DNA of 64,000 nucleotides, from the NCBI GenBank assembly GCA_905178155.1, contig CAJINV010000002.1, positions 4,645,709-4,709,708 of the forward strand. The letters run 5' to 3'. This document shows positions 12,001 through 23,841 of this stretch, piece after piece; the stretch's first letter is position 1, and every line of letters starts with the position of its first letter. The translations under genes and the position numbers were made by a program. Below the pieces are notes generated by a model, which saw only the letters and a list, made by a program, of their open reading frames with translations, searched no databases and was not told the DNA's origin. This stretch comes from Amoebophrya sp. A120 (Eukaryota; Protista; Dinoflagellata).

Positions 12001-15000
12001 CGAGCTCCATGATCTGGGTCGACATCAGCTGTCCGGTTTCGGGTTCGGCAACCTTTCCCGTTTTCCACGGGTGGCTGAACTTCCACGCTTCGAGCACGGA
12101 GTTCATCATTTCCAGTTCCCGGAGGGAATACGTCACATCCGTCGAGGTCTTGTTGTCCTTCTGCAGCCGCTTCAGCCGCCTTTTTTCCGCGTTCGGGTCA
12201 CCGAACCCAACTTCGCCGGGCAACGGGATCAACTTCGCCCTCTTCCGGTTCCGCTCCTTGTCCCAAAACTCGCTACTCGCGTTGGCCCAGTCCTTCCGGT
12301 CCGGCGACTCCATTTGGCTGGTTAAAAACAGCGACTCGGTGCCCGACCCCCGCTTCTGGTTCCACTGCCCCTGCAGCGCCGCCTGGTCGCCGGAATCGAC
12401 GGCCCTTTCGGTCAGGATTTCTTCCAGAGAAAGCCCCTGCTCCCCGACCTGCGCGACCGTAGCGAGGTGGTGCGCTTTATCCTGAGTAAAAACGTCCCCG
12501 CCCCATAGTCAAGTTGCGAACTCTGCAACACAAATCCAGGAGTTTTGGAAGCCATGCATGACAAGTTCGTCTGTGGAGTGTGGTGAGCGTGAGTGTTAGC
12601 AAAGACAGTCGCATGACAAACCCATCTTCTCATCCTGTTTACAGCATTGGCATTGCAAATGGCAAAACACGACTGGAAATGCATCTCATGTAGATGCGCA
12701 TTACAAATGTTCCTGTCATTGCAAATCCGCATGACAACTCTGGGGTGGGGACGTTTTTGCTCAGGATACGCTTGCTCCAACCGCCGGAAGTCCATCCGCC
12801 GCCGGTTCGGGGACAGCGGGTCCACCTTGTTCGGGGGGCCCCGCCAGATGTTCATCTGCGACTCCTCCGTCAGGCCGTGGTGGTTCGGGTCCACCGGATC
12901 GTGGTAAATGTCCCGACGGGCTTCCAGTTCGTGGTAGGACCGCCGGTCCGGGGACTTGTTCAGCATCGGAAGCACCAACCGCTCCTTCTCCTCGCGCTTC
13001 GCCTTGATCGCCATCTGCATCTTGTCGAACCTGGAGGAGTTTATTTTTCAATATTTCTTTGTTTGTTTCATCTTCGCTCCTAATTGCCAATATTACCCTG
13101 GCATGCTGGTCGACGTGTTCTGTCCGGAGACTCAACAGTGAGATCCACGCAGCGTTGGAAGGCGCAACTGCTCTAAGCGAGTCGCTGCTATCAGCAAGCA
13201 GGCCAAGCGAATTTTAGAATAGTAGCACAGATTCGTATTTCTGTAGAGAGAGCCGCAGCTAGCTATGCGTATGCCGCCAGCTAGCGAAAGCGAATTTCAA
13301 CATTTGAAGGAGCCTTAGACTTTGTAGAAGATGAAGATTGTGAGAAGGTTTAAAGATGCTCTGCTTCACAGGACGATGTCGAAGCAAGCACGTTGCGAAC
13401 CTTCTATTTCACTTTTCTCCTGCTTGGAACCTTGGAAGGCACGGGAAAGCAAGCCTCCCAAGGAAAGTAATGAGGAGGTAGGTACTATGAGCTGCTCGAT
13501 TATTTTTTTGGTACGAATATGAAGATCCGTTTCCATCTACGCGAGAGCGTAGTTCGTGTTGTGAAGGAACAAGTGGAACTATTTTATCAGCTTGATCTTG
13601 ATGAAAATTAGTTAACTTCCAAACATCAGAATTCAGAATCAGATGGTGATAAAAAAAACGCAAATAAAAATCTGCACCATGTCAGCTGATTTTTGATCCG
13701 CCACTCCTCTTCCAGCCGCTCCCGCTCAAACCGCGCTGCCTCGTCCTTCGCCCGCTGCGTATCATGTGCAAAAATATCGCACTCGACTGGAAAAGCTCGC
13801 AATTTTGCATCACGAATGCAAATCTGGTTTCCAAGCAATTTCAGCACTTTTACAAATTGAAATTCCACTTTTCAAGGAAGAAGCAGAAAAAGTTTCAGTT
13901 TGCAAACGCAATTACTACCAGTACGATAGTTTTGCAATGCATACTGCGCCCTTCGCGCCAACTTTTCTTCCCTTCTCTTCTTCTTCGCGGCCTTTTCTGC
14001 CGCACGCTGTTGCCTCTTTTCCTTTCGCCGCTGCTTTTTCATCTCCTCTTTCTGCCGCTCCTTCTCCTCCAACTCGAGCCGTTCCCGTATTCTTTGTAAA
14101 CACGTCATCACACCTTCATTGTCATGCATATGTAAATCTGCATGCCAAGATCATCTCTACTCGCGCGGCTCACCATGAGGAGAGCCATTTTCTCATCCTA
14201 ATAGGATGAAAGTGAAACTTGATTTGTAGTGCGGCTCCTGGACTCTAGCTACACACGAATGTAGTTGCCCTGCAAAATATCCAAGCGCCTGGGTTTGCGT
14301 TTCTTTGTCGTCGAAACAGAGTTCGCATCACTTAAAAACTATGGGGTGGTGACGTAGTACTAGTTTTCACTGCGGATATTCCTTTCCTTGTAGTCACTGT
14401 CATCCGAGTCCACATCGGATTCCGTGCCTTGAGCAGCTTTCGCGAGCTCTTCCTGCTCCTCCTCGAGAAGATCTTCTTCATCGAAATCTTCCTCTTCGTC
14501 CGTAGAACTGGCATCCGGATCGAACTCCGACAATTCCGAAGACTCGTTCGCCTTTTCTTCCTCGAGTTTTCGCAGCCTTTCCTGCTCGAGCCGCTCCGCT
14601 TCCTGCTGTTGCCGCAGCTGCTCGGCGGCTTCCTCCACCTCCTGCTGCGTGTAGACGCCGGAGAAGGGAATGATGGGGCCCGTGAAGGACTTTGGCTGTT
14701 CTTGTTTTTTGTTCGTATAATTTGCGTTTGTTGCTTTTTGTCTGTTTGCACGATGACAGTTTTTGTTTTTCATGGTATTTCAGAAAAATAGGCACATTTA
14801 CATGCTGGAAGAAGAGCAATTCCTCTACTGTCAATCTTCTTCGAGATGAAGCCGTCATCAAACACAGTAGGAGGACGAAGAAGTAGTACTCTTTTCCCAA
14901 ACTATACTCACTTACCGGCCCTGGCCTGCAGACGTGCTCGTTTTCCACGACCTTCAAGAATTCTCCATCGGGCATTTGCACCAGCGAGAGCTCCCTCAAA

Positions 15001-18000
15001 ATTGTGCGCAACCGCCGCACCGCGTGATGCGTGTCGAATTCCTCATCGGACTTGCCAATGACGAGGATCCCCAGAGACGCCAATTCTCCGAGTTCGTTGT
15101 CGGTCGCGTACACCGGATTGTCAAACGCATCTATGAAGCCCGGAAACGTGTCCCCCCGGCCGTAAAACCCCAACTGCTTGATCTCGGAATTCTTATGAAG
15201 ATCGCGCCCGGAGGGCGATATTGGTAACCAAATGCGTGCGCGAAAATCTAACCAGCGCGAAAGCCAAACCAGCCGCCACCATTTCTTTTAATTAGAATCC
15301 CACTTCTTCTTCTTGGGTCGCGGGCTCCACCACTTCCCCGCGGCCCTAAAGGGCCACGGACAACTACTGTCGCCCGCGGCGGCCCGCAGGCTCCTGCGAT
15401 AAGCATTGAAGGCGAAATCCGGTCTGCTATTTCGCAGCGGGGCATCCTTTCTAGCCCCCTGCGTGACAAACTGGCCTCCTGGCCAAGAAGGTATGTGGCC
15501 ATCCACCTTCGCGACGGGGCATCCTTTCTAGCCCCCTGCATGACAAACTGGCCTCCTGGCCAAGAAGGTATGCGGAAAGCCGAATCTCCGCGGTCCCTTC
15601 CGGGCCACCAAAATCGGGCAATTCAGACGCGGCGGAGGTGCAGGATTTGTGCCCACAAACCAGGGCAAATGGGGGCTTTGTGACATCCCTCCGCCCGCTT
15701 CTAGTGCGTTTTTTTTTTTCACAATCCCGAAACTATGGCGCGACCACGCGCCCGCCGGACCGCCCTTGGTGGCCAGTTTGTAAGCCTGCCGAGGGTTCTC
15801 GACTTTCGCCCATTTCGCCTTTTTTTTCAAGTTTCTAGGTGGCCGAAGGGCTCTGGACATTTTCACCGCCCGCAGCTGACTGGCAGTCTTGGAGCCTGGA
15901 GGGGGACTGCGGTTTTGCGCAATTTTTCACTTTTTTCTGGTTTTGAAGTGGCCCGGGCGATCTGCACATTTTCCCCGCCCCCACCTGGGTGGCAGTTTTG
16001 AAGCCTGCGGAGGGATTGCGCTTTTGCAAGATTTTTCTTCTTTTCCCATTTTCCAAGTGGCCCGGGTGATCTGGACAAAATCCGACGATTGCTTCCACCC
16101 ACGTTATGAAGCAACTTTTTGCCATTTTTTTCCAATTTTTTCCAGTTACGAAGCGGCCCAAGGCTTCCGGACAGGTCGCGGGCCTGCTTCTCCAACGCAG
16201 CTGCCCAGCGGGCGAAGCAAAAAGTACTCCGTCTTTTTTTCAGATACTAAGTGGGCCAAGCCGCAAAAGTGCTCTTTTTCCACCTTCTCCCGCTTGGTTT
16301 CTGCCGTTTTTGCGACATTTTTGACCTCCTGGCCATTTTCCCATCTGATCCACTTTTTTTCCCTTCTCCCGCTTCATTTCTGGCCATTTCCCTGACCTTC
16401 ACGCCTCCCGGCGGTTGCCCTATATGGTAACGGCAACTGCCTTCGCGCTGCGTTTGCTAAGCAATATCGCAAGCGCGCAGAGCGCGCGCGCCGGCTTCGT
16501 GGGCCGGCGCGCGCTCTGCGCGCGCGCGCGCACGCATTTGGTTACCAGATCAGCATCTTCTTGCTGTGTTCCCGCAGCGCCTTTTTTGTTCACCACCTTC
16601 GCGCCCCGCGTGATCGTGCTCGGACGGGGTAGAGCCGTGCGGAAGCGGTTCCCCTGGGAATTTTCCAGGGCTTCTCGTGGGATGCTGGTGTTCAGTTCGG
16701 TCGGTAGGACCAAAAACGACCCCTCGTCGTTAAAATGGTGCTCGATTTCGTGCAGCTTATCTCCGTAGGCTTCTTCAAACTGGTACACCAGGACAAACGG
16801 CTCGTCGGTCGGTCGTTTTGTCCCCTTCAAAAAACACCGCACCGCGGCGGCGCCGAGTTTCCGTCTCCGCGTGTGGTGATTCGTCATCTGCAGCTTCGCA
16901 TAATTCTTCTTGTCCCTATGCACTGCAAAAGTAACACATTGAGTTTGAGTCGTATCGCACTATGAATTGCGTTGAAATTTGATCAAGTAAGATGAAAGAT
17001 CGCTCACAACGTGCGATTTCCAATGCCTTCTACATACTACGACCACAGTGCGACTTTTGCAAAGGATAGTCTCTTTCGGCCCGCGACTGGTACCAACCCC
17101 CGCGCCGAACCAAATTTTCCGACCGGTTTTGCGTGCACACGTAGTACCGGGCTTCGGGCTCCAAGTAGGCGACAACCTGTATTTGACGTTATTGTAGCGA
17201 ACATCAGAACTGTAGCACGCAACAGAAAAAGCAGCAGGCCGCCGGCTACTACAACCAAAAGAGCGGGACCAGTATGCGGACATATTACAACAGGCAACCT
17301 GTTTATTGCTGGACCACAAATAGATGAAGGTAGTACGTTGTAGGGGTCATTCGGGTCGATTTTATCGCCAACGCGATTCATCATAGAATCGATCCGTCGC
17401 ATCGAGCTCTCCGGGTCGATTCCAGCGTCGTCCATCATCGCCTCTCTCCTGTCGTTCCGAACCCCAATTATCGGCCGCAAGTAGCTCAATTCCGAGCCTT
17501 CCCCAATTTTCGCGTACACGAATTTCCGCGGGTTCAAGGGATTGACGATCTGGGCGATTTGGATGCCCTTTTTGCTGTCGAACTGGGTCCGAATCACGAC
17601 CAGCACGGATCCCTTCTCCACGATATCAAAATGAAAAATCCCCCCTCCCCATATTGAAGCGGAAACTTCTGCTGCTGGATTTGTGTACACAAATCAGCCC
17701 TGTCTTGCAGCGAGGCACTACAGGCAAAGCCTCAGCCTGCGTAGGGGTGTTTTGTTGTAGGCGCTTGGCATAAGAGAGGCCGGCCATGTAGGTGAAGCAG
17801 CATTACAAATCGCCTCCATAAGGCGGCGGATTCTTTGCGTTTGCCTTCTTGCAAGACAGATGTGATTTGTGACCTCAAATCCGCAACACAAATTTTTGGA
17901 AACATACCTTTTCGATATGGGGAGGGGAGATTTTTCCTCTCAATACACGAACCCGCAGGACTTGCCCGCACACTTGCTGTTGTCATACAGGTCCGTATCC

Positions 18001-18827
18001 CGAGGAAAAAAACCACGTCCCCATCCATTTTTTGCATGACAAGCACAGGATTTCATGCCTGTTTTGCATGACAAGCACAGGACTTTATGCCTTTTTTGCA
18101 TGACAAAGTAGATGGGGATTATAGGTGTTTTTTCTGTTGATAATCCATCACCCAATTCTCCAAGTCGTACAGCCTTGGGTAGTCCTTGGGATCCAGGATG
18201 CACAGGGTCCATTCCAAATTCCGCAGCAGATCCTCCATTCCGCCCGAAGCCAGCACCTCATACACGTCGAAAGTGGCGTTTTTTGTGTAGGGGTTGTAGT
18301 AGTACACCCGGTTCCAGACCGGGTCCTCACTCGTGCGCCAGGCGCCCACGATGACCATGGCATCTTCGCGGAACTTCCGGGCTTTCTCATGCTGCAGCTT
18401 GTCCTCCTGCCGGACTGCGTGCACCTCCTGAATCTCCGGATCGTCATCGGGCTCGTACTTGGTTTCATCCGCGTCACGGAAAATGCCTTCTTGCTGCCGA
18501 CGCGGCATCTTCTATCTGTTGTATCTTCTCGATGCGGCTTTTGTTTTTCGACAACGCAGGAAAATACGTTTTATCAATCTCCGCTACGGTGTCACTTATG
18601 CCAGTTCATACGGTGTTTTTTGTTACCCGCTCCTCGCCTTCGACTTCGTCGTCGCCTGTTCCAACAAGTGCCCTGCTTTTAATATTTGCAGCGGACGTAG
18701 TACAACCCAGCACTCGTCCGCGCCAACTGTTGTCACCAGCTCCACCTCGACCTCTGCGTCCGCCTGACCACGGATCTGGCCATGAAAATAAAGATTGTCC
18801 TTCTGTGGCGGTACGCGTACGTCCACC
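3001..18827 (-). CDS. Very large multi-exon protein (~3,200 aa est.) with repeated WW-like and SH3b-like modules and C-terminal RNI-like leucine-rich repeats
   Basis: ORFs 3001-4731, 5556-7130, 7484-8122, 8845-9171, 9409-9822, 10023-10442, 10511-12313, 12412-13020 and further upstream join in frame after removing 15 TAT..ATA elements and putative GT-AG introns (9155-9421, 13031-13677, 14696-14915, ~17177-17337, ~18512-18626). LRR: LQELCLWGCGIGNEGA, IEELYLASNRL, LQILDVARNEM. The 5' end and the junctions at 15.2-16.5 kb and 18.0-18.1 kb are uncertain. Confidence 0.7.
4780..4988. mobile_element. TIR introner, family G-related
   Basis: TIR tatgcaagaaaaaaactgtgtaagt / acttacacagtttttttcttggata; direct repeat tccga on both sides; removal gives FFTS-DHKG in frame. 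Confidence 0.9.
5062..5216. mobile_element. TIR introner, family A
   Basis: TIR tatcctgtgcaaaag / cttttgcacaggata; flanks gttgt/gtttt; removal gives LQKKQN-VPF in frame. Confidence 0.9.
5306..5567. mobile_element. TIR introner, family B
   Basis: TIR tgtcaaatgcaaaaatgtctgggtctggaaga / tcttccagacccagacatttttacatttgata; repeat ctcct; removal gives DYKE-CRDPIWG. Confidence 0.92.
7157..7407. mobile_element. TIR introner, family C (inverted relative to 8072 and 44076 copies)
   Basis: TIR tatgggattctcaa / ttgagaatcccata; repeat gcacg; removal gives EKAC-SRFTKG. Confidence 0.9.
7485..7621. mobile_element. TIR introner, family A
   Basis: TIR tatccattgcaaaagtatc / gatacttttgcaatgcata; flanks diverged (accgc/agccc); removal with 5 bp gives LASG-(G/A)WKL in frame. 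Confidence 0.85.
8072..8313. mobile_element. TIR introner, family C
   Basis: TIR tatggcgttctcaaatgtt / aacatttgagaacgccata; flanks accgc/gccgc; closely similar along its length to 44076-44310. Confidence 0.92.
8496..8645. mobile_element. TIR introner, family A
   Basis: Ends tatgcattgcaaaagcatcgtact / agtacgatactttcgcacaggata; repeat tcgat; removal gives QKRI-DKWEQ. Confidence 0.92.
8742..8876. mobile_element. TIR introner, family A
   Basis: Ends tatgaattgcaaaagtatcgtactcgta / tacgagtacgatacttttgcacacgata; flanks acttc/gcttc; removal gives QMLK-SGR. Confidence 0.92.
9830..10159. mobile_element. TIR introner, family D
   Basis: TIR tatcgtaaggaaaaatcccccctccccatat / atatggggaggggtgatttttcctttcgata; repeat ccttc; removal gives YASK-ELMDL. 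Confidence 0.92.
10436..10609. mobile_element. TIR introner, family A (diverged)
   Basis: Ends tatgcattgcaaaagt / acttttgcaggggata; repeat cacct; removal gives WQLEV-FDKP. Confidence 0.9.
12478..12768. mobile_element. TIR introner, family E
   Basis: TIR tatcctgagtaaaaacgtccccgcccca / tggggtggggacgtttttgctcaggata; repeat cgctt; removal gives LEQA-HHLAT. Confidence 0.92.
13760..13943. mobile_element. TIR introner, family A
   Basis: Ends tatcatgtgcaaaaatatcg / cgatagttttgcaatgcata; repeat ctgcg; removal gives ARRAQ-RAKDE. Confidence 0.9.
14088..14378. mobile_element. Degenerate TIR introner, family E-like
   Basis: Ends tattctttgtaaacacgtcatcacacc / ggggtggtgacgt...cactgcggata; flanks tcccg/ttcct; removal with 5 bp keeps frame (KER-(E/K)RLE). 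Confidence 0.7.
15222..16547. mobile_element. 1.33-kb non-autonomous TIR element with different ends (TGGTAACC...) inside the giant gene
   Basis: Perfect 21-bp TIR tggtaaccaaatgcgtgcgcg / cgcgcacgcatttggttacca. Internal 58-bp direct repeat (15438-15495, 15515-15572) and ~125-bp degenerate tandem units (~15740-16100). No recognisable transposase. Confidence 0.85.
16917..17068. mobile_element. TIR introner, family A (diverged)
   Basis: Ends tatgcactgcaaaagt / acttttgcaaaggata; flanks gtccc/gtctc; removal gives RAERD-KKNY. Confidence 0.88.
17624..17945. mobile_element. TIR introner, family D
   Basis: TIR core aaaaatcccccctccccatat / atatggggaggggagattttt; TAT..ATA ends; repeat cacga; removal gives CGFV-EKGS. 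Confidence 0.92.
18018..18123. mobile_element. Short degenerate element/non-canonical intron made of ~31-bp tandem units
   Basis: tccccatc / gatgggga inverted ends; 2.5 copies of tttgcatgacaagcacagga...; interrupts the frame between QQKKH and RGFFPRD. No clean 5-bp repeat. Confidence 0.6.
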
Positions 18828-20347
18828 CTGTCAGCAGGTCGTTGCCCTACTTGCTTCAAAGTGCTGGCGGACTTGTGACCCTAGTGGTCGTTCGAAGTAC
18901 ACGCCCGCGCCATCAGGAGAATGATGAACAAGAGGTCGACCCCTGCTCAATGATGATGATGATGTCGGTCTAGGAAATTTGGTCCCACCGCCGTGGCACG
19001 ACCCCGACCCGCCGGATTTACATCTCGTCTCTGTCTTTCCGTAGCCGTACTGCATTCATCTTCTTGCAAGAACAAACGGTGCCACTTCCACCACGTACAA
19101 CAGGAGCACCGCTGCCTCGTGTCTAAAAAGAGGCCGCACGTCGGCAGGGCATCAGGAGCCTCCGGTCTTATTTTCCGGAAAAACTACTAGACAACGGGTC
19201 CATGATCTTGAAGGCAAGAAGAGCATGCGACTGGTACGGCCCTGCCTCGACGCAAGGAATCGCTTCTCAACGTATACGTAACATCCTCGTTTCTTGTTGA
19301 AATTATTCACAGTACGGAGAAGGAGGGTCTCCTCTCGAATTGATACTACGATTATCTTCGTGGGTATTGAAACCGCTCACTCAGAAGCCCTTGTAGACGA
19401 GTGGCATTCTGACTTTTACCTGCTTCTGCTGACACACGACGATTCCGTTTGCGGCTCCAACTGCATTACTACAGTCCACTAGATGACGAGCCATCCGGTT
19501 CCGGATTTCGCTACTCTACAACTATAGTTAGATACTAGTAATTTCGAGAGCATGCGAATACTACCTGACGTGGAAAAAAGGCTGTAACTCCTGAATGGCG
19601 CTGCACCTGGGAAAAGAAACTTATCACATCTTCAACCGGATCACGACCAGTCGTGGCGCAACAAGCCACGAAACAAGAAAAGAGTAGCATGAAGAAAAGC
19701 AGAATGCGGTCCATTCCGAAGCGCCGCACGGCCCCCTCTCGCTCTCCTCATTGCTCGTCATCGCTCAATCAAACGAGAAAAGCCTTTTGTTTCATCTTGC
19801 TTCCTTTTCGTCAACAACGAGCATGAATTATCACTACTACTAGCGTAAACACAAGCATATTTGCCATTTTTCTCTCTCCTTGCTTCGCTCTGAGCAGCAA
19901 CAGTGCGAGCATTTTTGCACTCATTCTTCTCCTCTCATCTTCTCCTGGAACTCGTGGTGCGACAGAAATTGAATCTCAACAATGAAAACGACTGCAATAG
20001 CTACAAACACAACGGCTCACTTCAATCAGGAACCACACCCACAGCACCTCCTCGGCGAGCCACAGCACGCACCCAAGCGACTTTTTTTCAAATTGGACCA
20101 CAATAGACTTGCACAAGTGCAAGCTTCATGCTCACATCCCCATATTATCTCATAGCAATTCAGCACTGTGACGTCGTGTTGCTTGTTCTTCTTCTACCTA
20201 GAGTGGAAGTACAACTGTAGATTCAGAGCCCCATAATTGGTACTGCCGAAGATTTTTCCGGAGAATTACTTCGCGAAGCGCTCTCTAAACCTAGTACCCA
20301 TCATCTAAGCTCCGAAGCAAACTGTCCATCCCAAATACGAAAAGTAT

Positions 20348-20987
20348 TTAAAACGGCACGAAGCGGGAGGCGGCGCCGCCCATACCCGGCTTTCCGTGGC
20401 GGATCGGCTTGTAGGTGATGGCGTACTCGGCCAGGTAGGTGCCGATCATCTCCGGCTTCACCTCGGCGTTGACGAACAACTTTCCGTTGTACACGCCGAC
20501 GACAGACCCGATCATCTCCGGAACGATGACCATGTTGCGCAAGTGGGTCTTCACCGCCTGCGGCTTCTCGCCGTACGGGGTCACCTTCTTGGCGGCACGC
20601 AGCTTCTTCAACAGGGTCGTCGGGGCACGGGAGATACCTGTTGGATGGTTGAGGTAGAGGTTATTTGTAGTGCAGGACGAGGATGCACAAAAAAATAGAA
20701 ATACCGCAATACGAGTACCATTGGGTATCGCATCACAAACCTTTTCATTTTCAGCGTAAATAAACGCGCTCATCCTAGATTGGTTTGTACGCGCGGAAAG
20801 AGCCACAACTAACATCAAAATCAATACCGCGAGAGAACTTTCGGCGCTGACGGGCGCACATGAGTTCCATGAGCTCGGTGTTGGAGAGGTCCAACAGCTT
20901 ATCCAATTCGACACCACGGTACTGGAACTTCTTGGCGCGCTTGGCCTTCTTCTGGGCCTCCGTCAAGTGAGAATCGTCACCCATCAT
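20348..20987 (-). CDS. RPS15: 40S ribosomal protein S15 (uS19); 2 exons, GT-AG intron 20638-20827
   Basis: [17 protein letters not shown]...[10 protein letters not shown]|ISR...[25 protein letters not shown]...[26 protein letters not shown]. Confidence 0.97.
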
Positions 20988-22404
20988 CTTGTGGTAAGGT
21001 TTTGTGTGGCTGAAAAGCTATACGGGGTGCTATGAGGATACCACAAACGGGTCCTTAAGATCGTTTCCCTGTGGTGCGAAGATTTGGGAGAAATGTGGAA
21101 ATTCTTATTCGGAATGAGAGGTGAACTTTGTGGTAAAGAAGATCTAATTTTGTGAAATAGGATCTTGTCTAGCGGATCCTATCTTGTTCAGGTTCTTGTT
21201 CGGACTTTGCTTTTAAAACCGCATTTTCTCAACAGAACTGTCGATCTCATGTGTTCACAGCGACAGCACAGCATTATTTGATCGATTTGGTAAATTGGAT
21301 CCTGGAAACTACTGGGGCAGACTCAAGAGTATGTTGGCTTCGCATGAAGCATCGGACCGACAGCTTGGTTTGGTGCTTTCTCTCAGTACGTTTCTGCGTG
21401 AAAGTGCGGACCTAGCGTGGAAATATTGAGCTCATCTTGTCGCTTTAGATCTTTTCTTTCTGCTCGGCTTCTGATTTTATTTCCAACGTCGATCTAAATT
21501 GCACCTGATTGCTAGTGTTATAGAGTTCGCTGACTGATTCACCACGGGGGGTTTCTGAAAAAGTATCCTAGATCCGTTTTTTCGTGAGGCCTTACACTTA
21601 CTTCATTTTCCACATGATCTGCAAGTACAACGCCAAGAAATTAGACCTGCTGCCGCACTGCCATATGATCTGCTACCGCGCTGACCAGGATCTGAATTTA
21701 CGCGTACCCGATAGAGGGAGACGGAGAATGCGAACACCTACGCAAGAACATGAGGCAGGGACGCTATTTTTCCGCGAGCAGATGGGCTCCGGATGTCCGA
21801 AAACAAAATGATCGTCTACGAGTTCGCTTGCATGGATGAAATGTCCGGACTTTCAACATTCGCACAAGTTTGTATCTGACGGCAAACCTGTGCTCGATTC
21901 GTCTCAGGTGGCTGCAAGTGGTTCAAAGGTCAAAAAATCCGGGTTACCCACCCACGCAATTTCTTCGAAGGAAGGCTGCTCTTGGAGGATGGATCCCTCC
22001 AATTCTTACATCGATCGCAATGGTGCTGGTGTAATTCTAATTCATCGTATCCTTTACCATTTTAATTTTTTGTGAATTTGAAAATTACTTGTCAAAGACT
22101 ACTAAAAACTAAATGTCGTATACAGAAGAGTGAAAAACAAGTGTAGTAGAACAAGTACTAGATCGACAGAATTCGTTGCATTTTTTTGATGAAACAAAGT
22201 TGAGTCTTTCGAAGGGTAAAGTTACTGCGCTGTTGAACTTGAAAAACACAACAACGGCTATAAACATACGCTTGTCAAAACCTAACGGCATTTCGTCAAA
22301 GGAGTAGTTCCTCTTAAACAAAGTAGGGGTCGTTTAGTACTCCCCCGGTAATGAAGGAGTATCACGACGACACTTTCTCCGCACGACGAGAACAAACTAC
22401 ACGT

Positions 22405-22920
22405 TTACCAGTAGCTTCCGCCGAAGTCACCACCGAATCCCTTGCCCTTTCCCTTTCCGCCCTTCTGGCGCGGCTGTCCGTTGCCATGTCCGGTGACATT
22501 GGCGGCGGAAGACTTCTGCTTGCGATCATCCCACACGGTGTCGAAGTTGACGGTCTCACCTAGGATTTGTATTGCACAAATCTATCAAAAGCAAAAAAGT
22601 TTATGTCATCACACGACACGCCTTTGAGATGAAAGTGTGCTATGCAAAACTCACACAACAAAAAAAGCATACCTTCGTTCAGGCTCTTGTAACCCTGAGC
22701 CTCAATGGCGGAAAAGTGCACGAAGACATCCTCGCCACCCTGGTCCGGAGTGATGAAGCCTGATTTATTTTGTATTATCTTTAAGTCATCTTGATATGCG
22801 AATTACTCCTGCAAGATAAATGGCATTCGCATTACAGATGCATACTCACCAGAAATTAAGACAAACTATACCGAAGCCCTTTTCGGAGTTGAAGAACTTG
22901 ACGGTTCCCTGCTGCGCCAT
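22405..22920 (-). CDS. Cold-shock domain protein with Gly-rich tail; exons 22872-22920, 22673-22759, 22405-22559 (absent from ORF track)
   Basis: Spliced translation [52 protein letters not shown]...[18 protein letters not shown]; RNP1/RNP2 motifs; two GT-AG introns. Confidence 0.95.
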
Positions 22921-23841
22921 TTTGTTGGGTGGTGTTTGTGAAAAGTCACAAGAGAGTTTTAGGATGAGCTTAAGATGAACTTAATCAAAGAGCGACACTG
23001 GGCAGGTTTTTTTTGACGGTACGTATTTGCTCAACAAGCAAGGTATTTCGGTTTCGCTTTAGGCTTAGTGCAGCGGTACCATAAATCTCATAAGGAATAG
23101 ATGAGAAGGATCTTCTTACTTCCGATGTGGGTCATTGCGAATGCCGACATCTTTGAGACAACCAGATCCCATCGTTCGTGCAATTTCATGTGAGGGGATC
23201 AGACAGAATTCCGGCAGATCTGCTTCGTGATTTAGATTTTGAGAGATCCACGACTACATGATACAAAAAATACGGAAGTTTGGATTATTTGAAGTTTGGA
23301 AAATTTGGATCACGGTGCTCTGCATCGACAGCTTCAGCTGCACGTAAGTGTATGCGCAGGTTCACAAAGTCATTAACACAGAAAAATTACGGAAAAACGG
23401 CTGCGCCCCTGGCTCCGCATTTCCAAATGCAGATTTCGTTGCTACATCGAAACGGAAACAGTTTGAAAGTCGATTTTTTCGCGCTCGAACCATCCTATAC
23501 CTATCATATCATGAAATCTTCAAAAAATAGTAAGTAGAGGCCGCTATCGCACCATTTAGAAACAGTTCATACATACGTAGTACCATCTTGAAACAATTCA
23601 TACAGATGTCGTGGCACCACCAACCAGTGAAGATCGCAGAAATGCGGCATCCATCAGATTTCACAAAGAAACGGACTGACACATCCTGTCGGATTGATCC
23701 ATCCGTCTCGATCATCGGGAGTCTTTTTTGAAGCCAGGACAAGCTCCATAGCCGTACCCTCGCAAGAGGTCAACCGCGGTCCTGGTACTGACACGCGCCT
23801 TTGAAGCGCTCGTCCGGTAGCTGCGCTGTCCCTCCGCTCCT

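Noticed and set aside
15248-16395. ORFs inside the 1.33-kb TIR element as a transposase
   Set aside because: Short, repeat-derived, with no DDE or other catalytic motif; no autonomous element is visible in the window.
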